From contig OX597837.1 of the NCBI GenBank assembly GCA_951406725.2, positions 44,206,001 to 44,270,000 on the forward strand: 64,000 nucleotides of DNA. Reading direction: 5' to 3'. The translations under genes were made by a program, and so were the position numbers. The notes beneath the pieces were generated by a model. That model made no database searches. It saw only the letters and a list, made by a program, of their open reading frames with translations, and was not told the origin of the DNA. The DNA comes from Octopus vulgaris (lineage: Eukaryota). Numbering within the stretch: position 1 is the first letter of the stretch; the number at the start of each line of letters is the position of its first letter. Positions 1-13,276 of this stretch are shown here, one piece after another.

Positions 1-1807
1 AAGGCCAACCGTGTAATTGAAGAGCAAATGATATGCGTATTTGTGTGTATGTGAGGGCGAGTGAATGAGGGGCATGTGACAGAAAAGGGGGAAGGCTCTG
101 AAGAAGTTCTTTCTTTTGTTTTTTTTGCCGAGTTTGAGTGAAAGAAAGTGAATGAAGGAGATAGTAATAAAGAAGGAGAGAAGGAGAGAGAGAACAAGTG
201 AAATGCAGAGATGAGCAAGTGGGGGGGGGGGAAGTAGAGGCACGTGAAAGATACGATAGCGAAAGCAGTAAGGGGATGTGTGAGTAAGAGGGGGAGAAAT
301 GAAAGAGTAAGAAGGAAAGGGGTAAATAATGTAACGAGAAGAATGTGACGAAGAAGATATGAGTGTAAAAGAGATGGGGGGGGGGGAGTGAAAGGGAAAA
401 AAGGTAAAGAGAAGACGATATAGGACACTTAAAGAGAAGAATGTTTGAGAGAATAAGAAGATATGGCGATGAATGGGAGAAAGAATGTGTGTAGGGAAGA
501 GAGAGAGGAAGAACAAAGAGAGAAAAGATGTTGAGAGAGAGAAAGAAAGAGAGTGAGAGACAATGTGTTGGAATAGATATAAAAGGCAAAGAGAGGAGGA
601 TGAGGGAAATGAAGAAAGCTAGAGAGGGAGAAAGAGTAAAAAGAAAGCAAGAAACTGAGTGAGAGAGAGAAAGAAAGAGACAATGTGTTGAAATAGATAT
701 AAAGGCAGAGAGAGAGAGAGAGAGGAGGAGGAAAATAAAGAAAGCTAGAGAGGGAGAAAGAGTAAAAAGAAAGCAAGAAGTTGAGAAAGAGAGAGAGAGA
801 GGGAGAAGGAAAGACGGTGGAGGTTAAAATGCAGACACACACTAAAGGTGAGAAGAAAAGAAATTGAAGAGAAGAAAAGAAGAATCAGACAACGAAAATA
901 TAATGAATCAAAGTCAAGAACAAAAGCTGCGCTGCTGCAGCCATAAGACTTGTAGATTGTGGTAAATAGCAGAGACGGAGATTAGAGGTGTTTGTTGCTA
1001 GTTTAGACCCAGGTCGTTTACCGACCAAACAGACCTTAGAATTAAACGCATTAGCCATCGTTTTGGTATCGAGGAAACTGCATTACATTATCTGATGTCT
1101 TATTATTTTTTTTTTTAATCCGATGGGGTAAGATTTGAGGGAGATTGACTGCTATTTCTAGTACATCAAGCGACCACGTTGACACGCCTGAGGAAAATAT
1201 TGATGGTGGCCGAAACGTTAGTCGCCTGAGGAAAATTTTGATGGTATATGTCCTTTCGGGGTCGATAAATTAAGTACCAGTTACGCACTGGGGTCGATAT
1301 AATCGACTTAATCCCTTTGTCTGTCCTTGTTTGTCCCCTTGTGGGTAGTAAAGAAATGGGTTTAAGTTCACTGATCCAACGAAGGAGCCTGGACGTGGTT
1401 GTTAAATCTGCTAGAAATAGCAGTCAAATCACATTCAAACCATATAGCTACCATTTTAAAGGTCGCTCACATTGGATGATGTCATAGATACAGTATAAAA
1501 ATAATATGTGATGGTCACGGCGATATAGTTTTTGGTCATAGGCCCACTCCATCCAGGCTGACCTGGAGCGACCCCGAAAGGACGAAATGCAAATTTAACA
1601 GAAGAGGGATTTAAATTCAGAATGTAAAGAGCCGGAAGAAATACCGCAAAGTGTTTGGTCCGACGCTCTAACGGTTCTGCCAATCTATAAGCCTTGTTGA
1701 TGACGATGATTAGGAAATTGACAGAATCATTATTAGAATTCTTTACTCACCAAACGTGCCCAAAGGAAAGAAGGACCGTAGAAAAGATAATTCAAATTAG
1801 TGAATTA

Positions 1808-2196
1808 GGCGCAGGGGTGGCTGTGTGGTAAATAGCTTGCTTACGAACCACATGGTTCTGGGTTCAGTCCCACTGCGTGGCACTTTGGGCAAGTGTCTTC
1901 AACTATAGCCTCGTGCCAACCAAAGCCTTGTGAGTGGATTTGGTGATGGAAACTGAAAGAAGCCCGTCATATATATGTATATGTAGATATGTGTTTGTGT
2001 GTTATTGTTTGTCCCCCCCCCAACATCGCTTGACAACTGATGCTGGTGTTTACGTCCCCGTAACTTAGCGGTTCGGCAAAAGTGACTGATAGAATAAGTA
2101 CTAGGCTTACAAGGAATAACTCCTGGGGTCGATTTGCTCGACTAAAGGCGGCGCTCCAGCATGGCCACAGTCAAATGACTGAAACAAGTAAAAGAG
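1808..2196 (+). mobile_element. SINE family A (tRNA head, CORE-like domain), full-length
   Basis: A box TGGCTGTGTGG, B box GGTTCAGTCCC, TTGGGCAAGTGTCTT CORE-like block, internal (TA/TG)n, tail GGCGGCGCTCCAGCATGGCCACAGTCAAATGACTGAAACAAGTAAAAGAG. More than 20 full or partial copies are in the window. Confidence 0.9.
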
Positions 2197-2737
2197 TTAA
2201 ACGAGGGAAAATTCCAACAAAAAATTTCCCGACGAAAGAGAGGGACAGCTTCCTCGGGCCTGATTGAGGAAACTCCACAAAACGCTGATAACTGACCATC
2301 AATGGTAAATGCCTCCACCCACCTGTCGTTTCGCGTAGGACCATTTGATTATTTGTACCATGCTCCCCAATTTCATCTACCTTCCAAAGATTTTTACTGA
2401 GAAGCAGTACCTTTTTCTCCCCACTCTCACTTCACTTTACTCTCCAAGTAAGGGTTTGGCCGAAGAGAAAAGTGTCACTTATCAGGTCCTTTCAGCCTTG
2501 ACCACGACGCAACATATTTCGCCATAGAAAGAAAACTTATTTATTTATCCTTCTCAGCTTAACAGAAGGGAGTGGGGTTTTTTTTGGGGTTTTTTTTTTT
2601 TTAAATATAGGTACAAGGCCAGGATTGTACATATCGATTATAGCGACTTGAATTTGATTTATTGAATTCGGAAAGAAGAAAGGTAAAGTCAACTTCGGTA
2701 AGATCCGAACTCAACACGTAGAGTGAAGCAATTAAAT

Positions 2738-2955
2738 ACCTATTTCTTTATTACCCACAAGGGGCTAAACACAGAGGGGACAAACAAGGACGATTACATC
2801 GACCCCAGTGCGTAACTTGTACTTAATTTATCGACCCCGAAAGGATGAAAGGCAAAGTCGACCTCGGCGGAATTTGAACTCAGAACGTAACGACAGACGA
2901 AATACAGCTAAGCATTTCGCCCGGCGCACTAACGTTTCTGCCAGCTCGCCGCCTA
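2738..2955 (-). mobile_element. SINE family B
   Basis: Reverse complement of the family B consensus; other copies at about 37377, 52520, 56725 and 61855. Confidence 0.85.
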
Positions 2956-3244
2956 CGAAGCAATTAAATACCGCAAAGTATTTTGTCCGATGCTCTTATT
3001 GATTCTGGCTACTCATTACGTCATCTGCCACAAGGGTGTTAAAAGGACAAACAAATACAGTAGGTGGGTTACAGAAAACGAGTATGAAAACACAAGCATG
3101 AAAAAGGAAAAAAAATGGGGACAGACAGACAAAGAAAATGTAAAACATACAAAGAGAGCAATCAAAAATCACCATAGATCTCGGATTAAAATTAACTACC
3201 ATGGACAAGTACTCTTCCCGAACTATGTTAACCAGTACACAGAA

Positions 3245-4125
3245 GCATGCTGAGTAGGGCCCCCACTATTCATACTCGCCACTCTTAGCATTTTACCGGA
3301 GGATTGCGACTATATCTCCACCATCACCGCATCTTCAAATGGAGCTAGAAGTTGTTGAGGGCTTGGTCGATAAAGAAAGTGTTTGTTCTCGATATTGTCC
3401 TTCATACCTTTTTCGCAGTCACCACCGAGCAGAGGAAAACTGTCAGCCCTTCCCGAGTGGACGATCTTTATGGACTCGGTTGATAGCCGGATCCGTCCTA
3501 CATGCAATCACAGTTAATCGACATAACCCCCACATGTCAGAGATGCCCGACAGTAGCACAGCTAGCAGAAGATCCGCTCCGAGGGGCGCGTTTATGGGAG
3601 TGACACATCTGGGCCTGCACTCATCAGCCTTCCACCTCATAGCCATCTATTGCATGCATTTGTACGGACATGTCCTCTGCTTCCTGCCAAATCATCCTAC
3701 CAGGACCTTACCCTCGTTCGACACAGCAGCTGCGGGCTGGAAGAGGTCCCGTACCAGATGGCTGGACGTAACGAAGGAAGACCTCCAAAGGCTCGACGTC
3801 ATCTAGCAGGATGCAGAGGGAATGGCATGGGACCGCCAGCGATGGAGGGCACTAGAGGACCTGGTCAGTTATAAACATGACGACGCCTCTGGGGCCGATA
3901 ACCTGGAATGACCCCAGCCTCATGAAGCAAGAGCATGGGCGAATGTGAGTGACTACAATGAACCTGATGCAAAGGGAATGGGATGGGACCACCAGCGATG
4001 GAGGGCACAAGAGGACCTGGTCAGTTATAAACACGACGACGCCTCTGGGGCCGATAACCTGGGATGACCCCAGCCTCATCAAGCAAAAGCATGGGCGAAT
4101 GTGAGTGACTATAATGAGCCTGCAT
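3245..4125 (+). mobile_element. 5'-truncated RTE-like LINE remnant with tandemly duplicated 3' end
   Basis: Frameshifted post-RT motifs (YGSDT, LYGHVL, RSRTRWLDVTKEDL, RQRWRAL); a unit of about 156 bp is repeated at 3810 and 3966. Confidence 0.75.
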
Positions 4126-4892
4126 ACGTTTAAGGGTCCAGAGATAAGGGTTGCAAACTCAAGGACTAGTTCGGGCGGCACACACTCCAGCTAGCTTCGC
4201 CACGGATGCTCGGGGACTCTAAATCATGGTTACAAAACGGTTACATCGTTCTGCAACGCCACTTCAGAGCTTGTAGAGTTTATCCCAAATCAGTAAGGGT
4301 CAGGCGTTACTGGTATTGACGGTGTTGGCAGACCCCTACCCACATAACTAAACTCAAATAAAAATTTCGAACAAATTAAAAAAGCAGGGGTAACTTTGCC
4401 GTCCGTCCTTCAAGACCCTAAGTGCCGCTTACGCACACAACCCCAGATTCTTGACACTGAAAATGCAGTTATTTTTAGACTTTGCAATTATCAGGAAGAG
4501 CTTTAAAGAATTTCTTCTGTTTTCTACTTTTCATTCCTAAGATATTAAAAAAACTTTAAAAACAATTTCTATGTTAGCGACATCAATTACAACGACATTG
4601 TCCGAACGTACGAAACTAAAATAGTTGAATTTTTTTATTTTTTCATAAAGGGGAAACTACTCTTATTTATTTATTTTATGGAAGGGAGGCTTCTCAACAA
4701 GGTCGCATCAATTCCTAGAAACAGCAGGTAAAAAAACTCCGGCAAATCACATCCGAAAAAAAGGAGAGAGACATTTTATACGATGCAATCCTAATACACT
4801 TGATGGTCACGGCTAGAATGTTGTTCATTTATAAGGTCTTACTGCTGACTTGGAGTTGTCGGATCAGAGCTGTCTTTTTCTTCAATTATTAT

Positions 4893-5301
4893 TACTCTTT
4901 TACTTGTTTCAGTCATTTGACTGTGGCCATGCTGGAGCAGCGCCTTTAGTCGAGCAACTCGACCCCAGGACTTATTCTTTGTAAGCCTAGTACTTATTCT
5001 ATCGGTGTATTTTGTCGAACCGCTAAGTTACGGGGACGTAAACACACCAGCATCGGTTGTCAAGCGATGTTGGGGAGACAAACATAGACACACAAACATA
5101 TACACACACATACATATATATATAGATAGATATACATATTATACGACTTGCTTCTTTCAGTTTCCGTCTACCAAGTCCACTCACAATGCTTTGGTCGGCC
5201 CGAGGCTATAGTAGAAGACACTTGCCCAAGGTGCCACGCAGTGGAACTGAACCCGGAACCATGTGGTTGGTAGGCAAGCTACTTACCACACAGCCACTCC
5301 T
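4893..5301 (-). mobile_element. SINE family A, full-length
   Basis: Reverse complement of the 1808-2196 consensus. Confidence 0.9.
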
Positions 5302-6012
5302 ATGTCTATCTGGTTAACTTTGTTTTAAGGATTTGTCTAGCGCCGTGTTCCTCAACCACATAACTGTACAGTATGGTTCTATGCTGGACAGCAGAGGTGT
5401 TGTATATCTACAAGTTTAGAACAATGGACCTTTGGATTGTACCCAGTGATTCAAACACCTCCTTATGTTGCATCCACCTGTACCTCTGCTCACTCAGGGC
5501 TGACCTGGAGCTATATAATAACTGAAACGTGATACGGTCTTTAGTGGACCATTGAAGTTAGTAAAGTGACAGTAGTGTTTGCGACAGGATATGAAGTGGC
5601 TGGTGACAACAAGGGCTGACTGGTACAGACACCATATAATCTTTCAATTCAGTCAACCATACTCAGCACGAGTGCACGCATTTGAATGTGTGTGTGTCTA
5701 AGTAATCATATCATTATATAGTATTGTTATGTAACATATTGACTGGAACCTATACCAGATATTCATTCAGTTCAGCCATCCATACTCAACACATTTGTGT
5801 GTGTGCGTGAACCTATATATATATATGTGTGTGTGTGTGAACCTAGATTTGTGTGTGTCAGATTAATCAAATAATTATATAGTATTGTTATGTAAGGTAT
5901 TATTGTCTTCTTCAAGTGTTATTAGGGTAATTTAATATAAAAATTTTAATTGATACCACTTAATGGCTAATAAGGCTTTTATTGTTCAGTTTTATTCTAA
6001 ATTTTTTTTTCA

Positions 6013-6414
6013 GGTGCAGGAGTGGCTGTGTGGTAAGTAGCTTGCTTACCAACCACATGGATCCGGGTCCAATCCTACAGCGTGGCACCTTGGGCAAGTG
6101 TCTTCTACTATAGCCTTGGGCCGACCTAAGCCTTGTGAATGGATTTGGTAGACGGAAACTGAAAGAAGCCTGTGATATATATGTATATATATATATATAT
6201 GTGTGTGTGTATGTGTTTGTGTGTCTGTGTTCGTCCCCCTAGCATTGCTTGACAACCAATGCTTGTGTTTACATCCCTGTAACTTAGCAGTTCAGCAAAA
6301 GAGACCAATAAAATAAATACTAGGTTTACAAAGAATAAATCCTGGGGTCGATTTGCTCGACTAAAGGCGGTGCTCCAGCATGGCCGCAGTCAAATGACTG
6401 AAACAAGTAAAAGA
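6013..6414 (+). mobile_element. SINE family A, full-length
   Basis: Same head, CORE-like block and tail. Confidence 0.9.
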
Positions 6415-6956
6415 GAAAACAGACACTATCTCATTACAGAAATAATTCACTTTGCAATGATATCGTTTCAGGTTCAAATCCTACAGCATGCCACCTTAGG
6501 TAAAGGTCTTCCACTATAGTCCTGGGCTGACCAATGACTCGTGAGTGAATTTGGTAGATGGAAACAGTACAGAAGCCCATTGTGTATATGTGTGCATGTG
6601 TGTGTGCATGAATATATATGTACATATAGTGCAGGAGTGGCTGTGTGGTAAGAAGCCACATGGTTCTGGGGTTCAGTCTCATTGCGTGGCATCCTGGGCA
6701 AGTGTCTTATAGCCTCAGGCTAAAAGCCTGGTACTTGGTTCTATTGGTCTCTTTTGGTGAACTGCTAAGTTACAAGGATGTAAATACACCAACATTGGTA
6801 GTAGTGGGGGACAGACGGACACATAAATATATATAATATTATTATTAATATATGAAATGCTAACTGGCTAATCACAACACCAGCTCCTGTTTTGGTAGTT
6901 TTTCTATATATCGCTGGCAGGGAGATGAGTCACTGCTATCTTTAGTGGTTGAGTGT

Positions 6957-7003
6957 CCATCACTGATGAGACCAAGGAAGGTCGAAATCATGTGATCTGG
7001 TGG
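6957..7003 (+). ncRNA. Type I hammerhead ribozyme motif (intact core)
   Basis: ccatca-CTGATGA-GACC-aaggaa-GGTC-GAA-ATCA-tg-TGAT-C-tggtgg. Stem I ccatca/tggtgg, stem II GACC/GGTC, stem III ATCA/TGAT; predicted cleavage after AUC (C6997). Confidence 0.85.
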
Positions 7004-7639
7004 TCTCAGAGCTGGAGATGGCAGGGTTTTATCTCCCTGTTAGTGATATAAACAAGAATGCATTTTGCACCAAAAGCCAATATGAGAATTTCTCTCAGCG
7101 CATCTACCACAGTATAGTTTGTTCCAACAGAACATCCATGGTTAAGTGAGGATATATATGTGTGTGTATGTGTGTGGGGTGGTGGCGACCCCTGTTGTAC
7201 TATTTCGCCACAACTTTCTCTCACTCTCTCTTCCTGTTTCTTGAGTAACGCTAAGATGGACTGGCATCCCGTCCAGCTGGGGGGGGGGGACACATACGCC
7301 ACAGAAATCGGGTCTATGAGCCTGGCTAGGCTTGAAAAGGGTGCATAAATAAAAAAATTATATATATATATATCTACACACACAACGTGCTTCTTTCAGT
7401 TTCCAACCACCAAAGCCACTCACAAGGTTTTGGTTAGCCACAGGCTACAGTAGAAGACATTTGCCCAAGATGCCATGCAGCAGGACTGAACCCAGAACCA
7501 TGTGGTTGGTAAACAAGTTTCTTACTACACAGCCACGTCTGTAATTTTACATATTTCACAAACAAGGAAAGGATGTTGTTTCTTTTTTCCATCCTCATCA
7601 CTGATTCTTTGATACCGTTAATGTAAACAGTCAAGGTGA

Positions 7640-7920
7640 CTCATTAGTAGTTGTAGCACAAGAGGTGGTGGCGGTGGTAGTGATGGTGGTGGTTGTACTT
7701 GTAGTGGTGTGTACGATGATAGTGATGCTGGTAGTGATGGTGTTAATAATGGGAGCGATGGTATTGGTGATGGTGGTTGTAGTGCTGATGGAGGCAGTGG
7801 TGGTGGTCGTGGTGGTTCTGATTATAGCAGAGGCTGCAGTTGTAGACATGGGGTGGTGGTGATAGCTGAAGCTGTAGTCATAGAACTAGATGTAACAGTA
7901 GTAGTAGTAGCAGCAGCAAC

Positions 7921-7958
<38 letters not shown>

Positions 7959-8040
7959 CAGCAGCAGTAGTAGCAGCAGCAACAGTAGTAGTAGTAGTAG
8001 TAGTTTTTTGAAGTGGTGGTGGTGGTAGTAATGATTGTGG
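7640..8040. repeat. (GTG/GTA/GCA)n trinucleotide low-complexity tract
   Basis: Directly visible; a second tract lies at 8590-8920. Confidence 0.95.
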
Positions 8041-8619
8041 TATTGGCAGGTGTTGTTTAACCCCAGGTCAACCCAAGTGGACCACACCAACGATCAACGA
8101 AATTCCATCCATGATCAACCAGCCTCTCTTCAACTTCATCTACCTTGCAACATCAGGCATAGTGTACCATGGACTACATCACCAAATGAAGTCGTTTCGG
8201 GTTGTTTTTTTTTTTTTTTTTTAAAAAGCCCTTTTACCTGTCCTGTGTATCACCTGCGATTCTCAGAACGTGTTTGCTTACCGTCCATACACCAAGCATG
8301 ATACACGGTCCCCGTGTTTTCTTCAACCATAAAAAGCAACTTACGAAAGCAAAGCTTTATATTTATAATCCATAAACGTATGAAAGAAGGGTTAAGAAAA
8401 AAAAAAAAGGTCTGAAGACAATCGTGGATAGAGTTTGGAACAACTTATGGAAACGGTCTGGATAGGAAAAGGGTTAAAAAACGTTATTAGCTGCGAGGGT
8501 CGAGGGATATTTTGGCTACTGTTTCTAGCAAGTCGAGGAAGTACATAGAAACCATCACTTTAGAAGTGCTGACGGGTGTATTTGCAATATCAGCAGCAGC
8601 AGCAGTAGTAGTAGTAATG

Positions 8620-8661
<42 letters not shown>

Positions 8662-8972
8662 ATGGTGGTAGTAGTAGTAGTAGTAGTAATAGTAGTAGTA
8701 GTAGTAGTAATGGTGGTGGTAGTAGTAGTAATGGTGGTGGTAGTAGTAGTAGTAATGGTGGTGGTAGTAGAGTAGTAGTAGTAATATTAGTAGTAGTAGT
8801 AGTAATGGTGGTGGTAGTAGTAGTAGTAATGGTGGTAGAAATAGCAACATTAGTAGTAGTAGTGGTGGTAGATGAAAAATAGAAGCAGTGAAAGTAGTAG
8901 TAGTAGCAGCAGCAGCAGCATTTCTGAAAGTATCAATTACTCAAGAATCGGTACATACGCCCCAACAGACAG

Positions 8973-9017
<45 letters not shown>

Positions 9018-9336
9018 TACATACATACACACACACGAACGTCATAAACGTACATAACACACGCATACACAGAAACATACCTGTACAGACACACTAACGT
9101 CAAAAAGGCCCAACGACGTCATAAACACACACCAAACGTCAGAGATTTATTAAGATTTATAAATACACCTGTACTATTGCCGCAGCCGCCACCGCCGCCA
9201 GCTTCATTCATTCATTCTGCCGAAGCCGGATTATCAAATTACATGCAAACACAGCAATACAAGGAACCAAAGTTTGTCTGACATGCTAGAAATAGCAACC
9301 AAAATCTATCCTTACACTGGACAGACACAACGAGGG

Positions 9337-9737
9337 GGATCTTTTCGGTTTGAACGGCAGTTTTTAACATAATTTTAAACTTCGTATACTGGTAGAATGT
9401 GTTTATAGAATATCTTTTTCTCTTGGCTTTATTGAGAAAATTCTATGGTTTGTAAGATATTTGTTGTTTTTTTTCCTCAATTTCTGCAATTTCAACCAAT
9501 CAATGACGTCCATTGAGGTAAAAAAAAACAACATTCTGTGCCGTATGAATATGTCCCTCGTTTAAGAAACAGATTGGGTTTATTTACATTTGTGAAGGAC
9601 AGACGATACCCTTCCCCCCGCCCCTAACCCTAAAACATTGAAATGCAATAGATCGATACTAGGGTCATAATTATGGGTGACAATTTCATATGACACCGCT
9701 AGAAAAAAAATAACTGCCGTTCAAACCGAAAAGATCC
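9337..9737. mobile_element. MULE-like MITE with 9-bp target-site duplication
   Basis: TIRs GGATCTTTTCGGTTTGAACGGCAGTT / AACTGCCGTTCAAACCGAAAAGATCC; flanks caacgaggg and taacgaggg. It contains CCCTAACCCTAA; a partial copy lies at about 39261-39362. Confidence 0.8.
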
Positions 9738-12072
9738 TAACGAGGGAGTCTCAACTCGAGCATCCATGCAAATTGAGAGTAAATTTGGATGCTATTTTGA
9801 TAAAAACCAAATTTACTCTCAAACTGCAATTAACTATTTTAGAAAAACCAAGGGAAAAAAATAGGTTTGGCTGCAGAAGGCGAGTAATTATTTCCGTTGC
9901 TGTTTATTTTTAAAATTTTCGCCGATATTAGCTTCTAGAAAACTTTTTAGCGAAGTAAAAACAGGCGCAAAGTTACAAGTAAACAAAACACACACAAACA
10001 CAATATAACTTTTACTTACTTCAGTCATTAGGCTGTGGCCGTGCTGGGGCACAACCTTGAAGAATTTTAGTCGAATGAATTGACCCTCGCACTTTCTTTT
10101 TTTTTTTTTAAAGTCTGTTACTTATTTTATTGATTTCTTTTGCTGAACTGCTAAGTTACGGAGACGTCAGCACAAAGACTCTCACGCGCGCTCAACGGTT
10201 TCTTATTTCATTATTGCCCACAAGGGGCTAAACAGAGGGGACAAACAAGGAGAGAAAAAGGGATTAAGTCGATTACATTGACCCCAGTGTGTAACTGGTA
10301 CTTATCTACTCACAAGGTTTTGGTCGGCCAGAGGCTATAGTGGAAGACACTTTCTCAAGGTGTCACGCAGTGGGACCGAACCCGGAACCATGTGGTTGGG
10401 AAGCGAAAACAAGATGAACAGAACTTAGACTATAAGTGTGTATTTTTGATCACTTTTAATTGGGAGCAGTTACAAAGGTGACTCAAGAACTGAAAGTTTC
10501 GTCCATCGAACTTTTTTATACACGAAACTCTCGGCCTTCGAGTCACTTTTGTAACTTTTGACAATAATAATAATAATTCTTTCTACTATAGGCACAACAC
10601 CTGAATTTTTTTTTGGGGGGGGGGAGTGGGAGTCGATTACAACGACCCCAGTGCCCAAATGATATCTATATTATGGACCCTGTAAGGACGAAGGACAAAG
10701 TTGACCTCGGCGAAATTTGAACTCAGGATCATCATCATCATCATCATCATTATTATTAGTTCTTTCTACTAAAGGCGCAACACCTAAAATTTTGGAGTGA
10801 GTGTTAGTCGTTTACATCGACCCTAGTGCTCAACTATTATTTAATTTATCAACACTGGAAGGACGAAAGCGCAAAGTCGACCGCTGAGTAATTTGAACTC
10901 AACGTAAAGACGGACGAAATGCTGCTAAGCGTTTTATCCGGCATGCTAAAGATTCTACTGGTACCCAAATAATATTAATGATATGTGCGTGTTTACGTAT
11001 ATACGCACGGCTGTGTTATTTCTGTTGAAAAAATTATGTAAACAACAAATTCGATATTGCTTAAAACAAATCCGATTAATCACATCTTTATATCATTGAT
11101 CACCAAACGCCTAAACTTTTATCTGCGTATCTACTGAAAAACAACAAAGTTAATACATTTGTCAACACGACAATATTTGGGTGCATTGATATCGATCTCG
11201 AAAATCATCAACATGCTGACAAAACCGTTCTGCCCAATAGAACTTTCCCGCCTAAATACCAAACTCGGTAACGGAAAAGATAAAACTGACTAATGCAACA
11301 GAGACAACTTCAATATATGGACCGCATAACTAAAGAATAGTGATTAATGGTTGCTAGGTACAACGTTCGAAAGGCGGCGAAATGCCTAGTCGTATTTCCT
11401 CTGCTGCTACGTTCTGAGTTCACATCCTGCTGTTTCATAAGAGGAAGTACAATGGGATGATAACCGGATCATTTCTGATAATAGATTAATTCGATCAGAG
11501 CTGACCTGTGGTGATCAACACCACCACCAATCTTACGTCGCTAGCTTGCTAGAAACAGCAGACTAATGCACTTCTCCCTCAAATCATACACTATCATAGG
11601 CTCTTTAAAGGCACAGAACTTCTTCATTTATAAAATAACCCACCGACCCCCGCAAAAAAGTACTGATTTTCCTAATTAACACGAAATACATGTGAGCGAA
11701 AATTTTCAAAAGATCTTTATCAATATAGTAGATACTGCATTTCTTGTATTTTCCAAAATTTCAACTGATTTTAATAGAATATTCTCCCTTGTTATGGGGC
11801 GTAGATGTGCGTGCGTTATATTTTCTAATTTTAAATATCATTAAAAGAAAATAAAAAAGAACTTTTCAAACTAGACCGAGAAAGCAATTGTATAGAGAAA
11901 CTAAAATGATACCCTGAGAGGGGGGGGAAGGGTAGCAAAGCGCCCTAAAACCACATGACGAAGGGACTATTGACAAGGAAAGGAGACGAGAAGGGTGGAG
12001 AAACTAGAATGAGACCAGAACAGAGACAGAAAGAGACACGAGCAGTCTCGTGTGTCTCATGGTACTAACTTA

Positions 12073-12300
12073 AGGCGGCGAGCTGGCAGAATCGTTAGCA
12101 CGCCGGTCGAAATGCTTAGCGATATTTCGTCTGCCGCTACGTTCTGAGTTCAAATCCCGCCGAGGCCGACTTTGCCTTTCATCCTTTCGGGGGTCGATTA
12201 AATAAGTACCAGTTACGCACTGGGGTCGATATAATCGACTTAATCCGTTTGTCTGTCCTCTCTGTGTTTAGCCCATCGTGGGTAGTATAGAAATAGGTAT
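12073..12300 (+). mobile_element. SINE family B (Meta/Sauria-like central domain)
   Basis: AAGGCGGCGAGCTGGCAGAATCGTTAGCAC head, GAGTTCAAAT B box, GACTTTGCCTTTCATCCTTTCGGGGGTCGAT..AAGTACC domain resembling the MetaSINE conserved block, AAATAGGTATT tail. Confidence 0.85.
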
Positions 12301-13044
12301 TATCTAACTAAAGTGAAAAGTTCTAAGTTTCCACTTTCTTTGGTTGAGATTGAAGTTATAAACCAGAGTTATTCCCCTTGAATCTCAATATTTTCTTACT
12401 ACAAACTAAAGCGCGATTGACAAAGATATAAAAGAGCCTGCGGCCCGCGGGACTTTCATAATAACATGCTTAACAAAAAAAAAATTACATTTAATCACTA
12501 TTGTTTAGTAATGCGGCCCGTATATTGATGAACCATGTCTCGTACGGCCCGATTAGCTCAACACACTAAATATAACAGCCAAATCTCTTATTAAACCACA
12601 CTCTTCCATCTTTTAAAATACATCGTAAGAAACGTCGGATAATGTAGTCTGGACATAGATTTGTTCGATTCCACCTGTCCTGAGTGTAAAGAACGGAAGT
12701 AATTTTGTATTGAGTAGAGTTCTCTCTCTTATTTCATTCTCGTTCTCTCCCAAGTAAATGCCACGCACCTGACAACGGCTTTAGAATAAGATGCCGGTGT
12801 ATATAACGTGTATAATGCGTATAACGACGTGGAATGGACCGAGCTGTTATACGTTGTCTCGAAGACACACACTGCCAAGTTACCCCACATATATATAAAA
12901 AAGACACTTTCTTGAAATGTATCCGGTACTTGCGGTACCTATACCGAAGTTTCGCCTATAACGTGTATAATGCATATAACGACGTGGAATAGACCGAGCT
13001 GTTATACGTTGTCTCGAAGACATACACTGGTATCTCATCTCTTA

Positions 13045-13227
13045 TAGACTGCGGCCATGCTGTGGCACCGCTTGAAGAATATATTGACTCCATCCACTAT
13101 ATATTTTTTAAAGCTTGGTACTTATTCTATCAAACTCCTTTACCGAACTGCTACGTTACGCGGACGTAAGCACACTAACACCGGTTGTCAAGCGATGTTG
13201 GGGGACAAACACAGACATAAAAAGACG

Positions 13228-13276
<49 letters not shown>

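Noticed and set aside
3890-3952. HDV-like ribozyme (GGGGCC...GCGAAT) in the LINE tail
   Set aside because: Too little sequence between candidate P2 and J4/2 to build P3, L3, P1.1 and P4.
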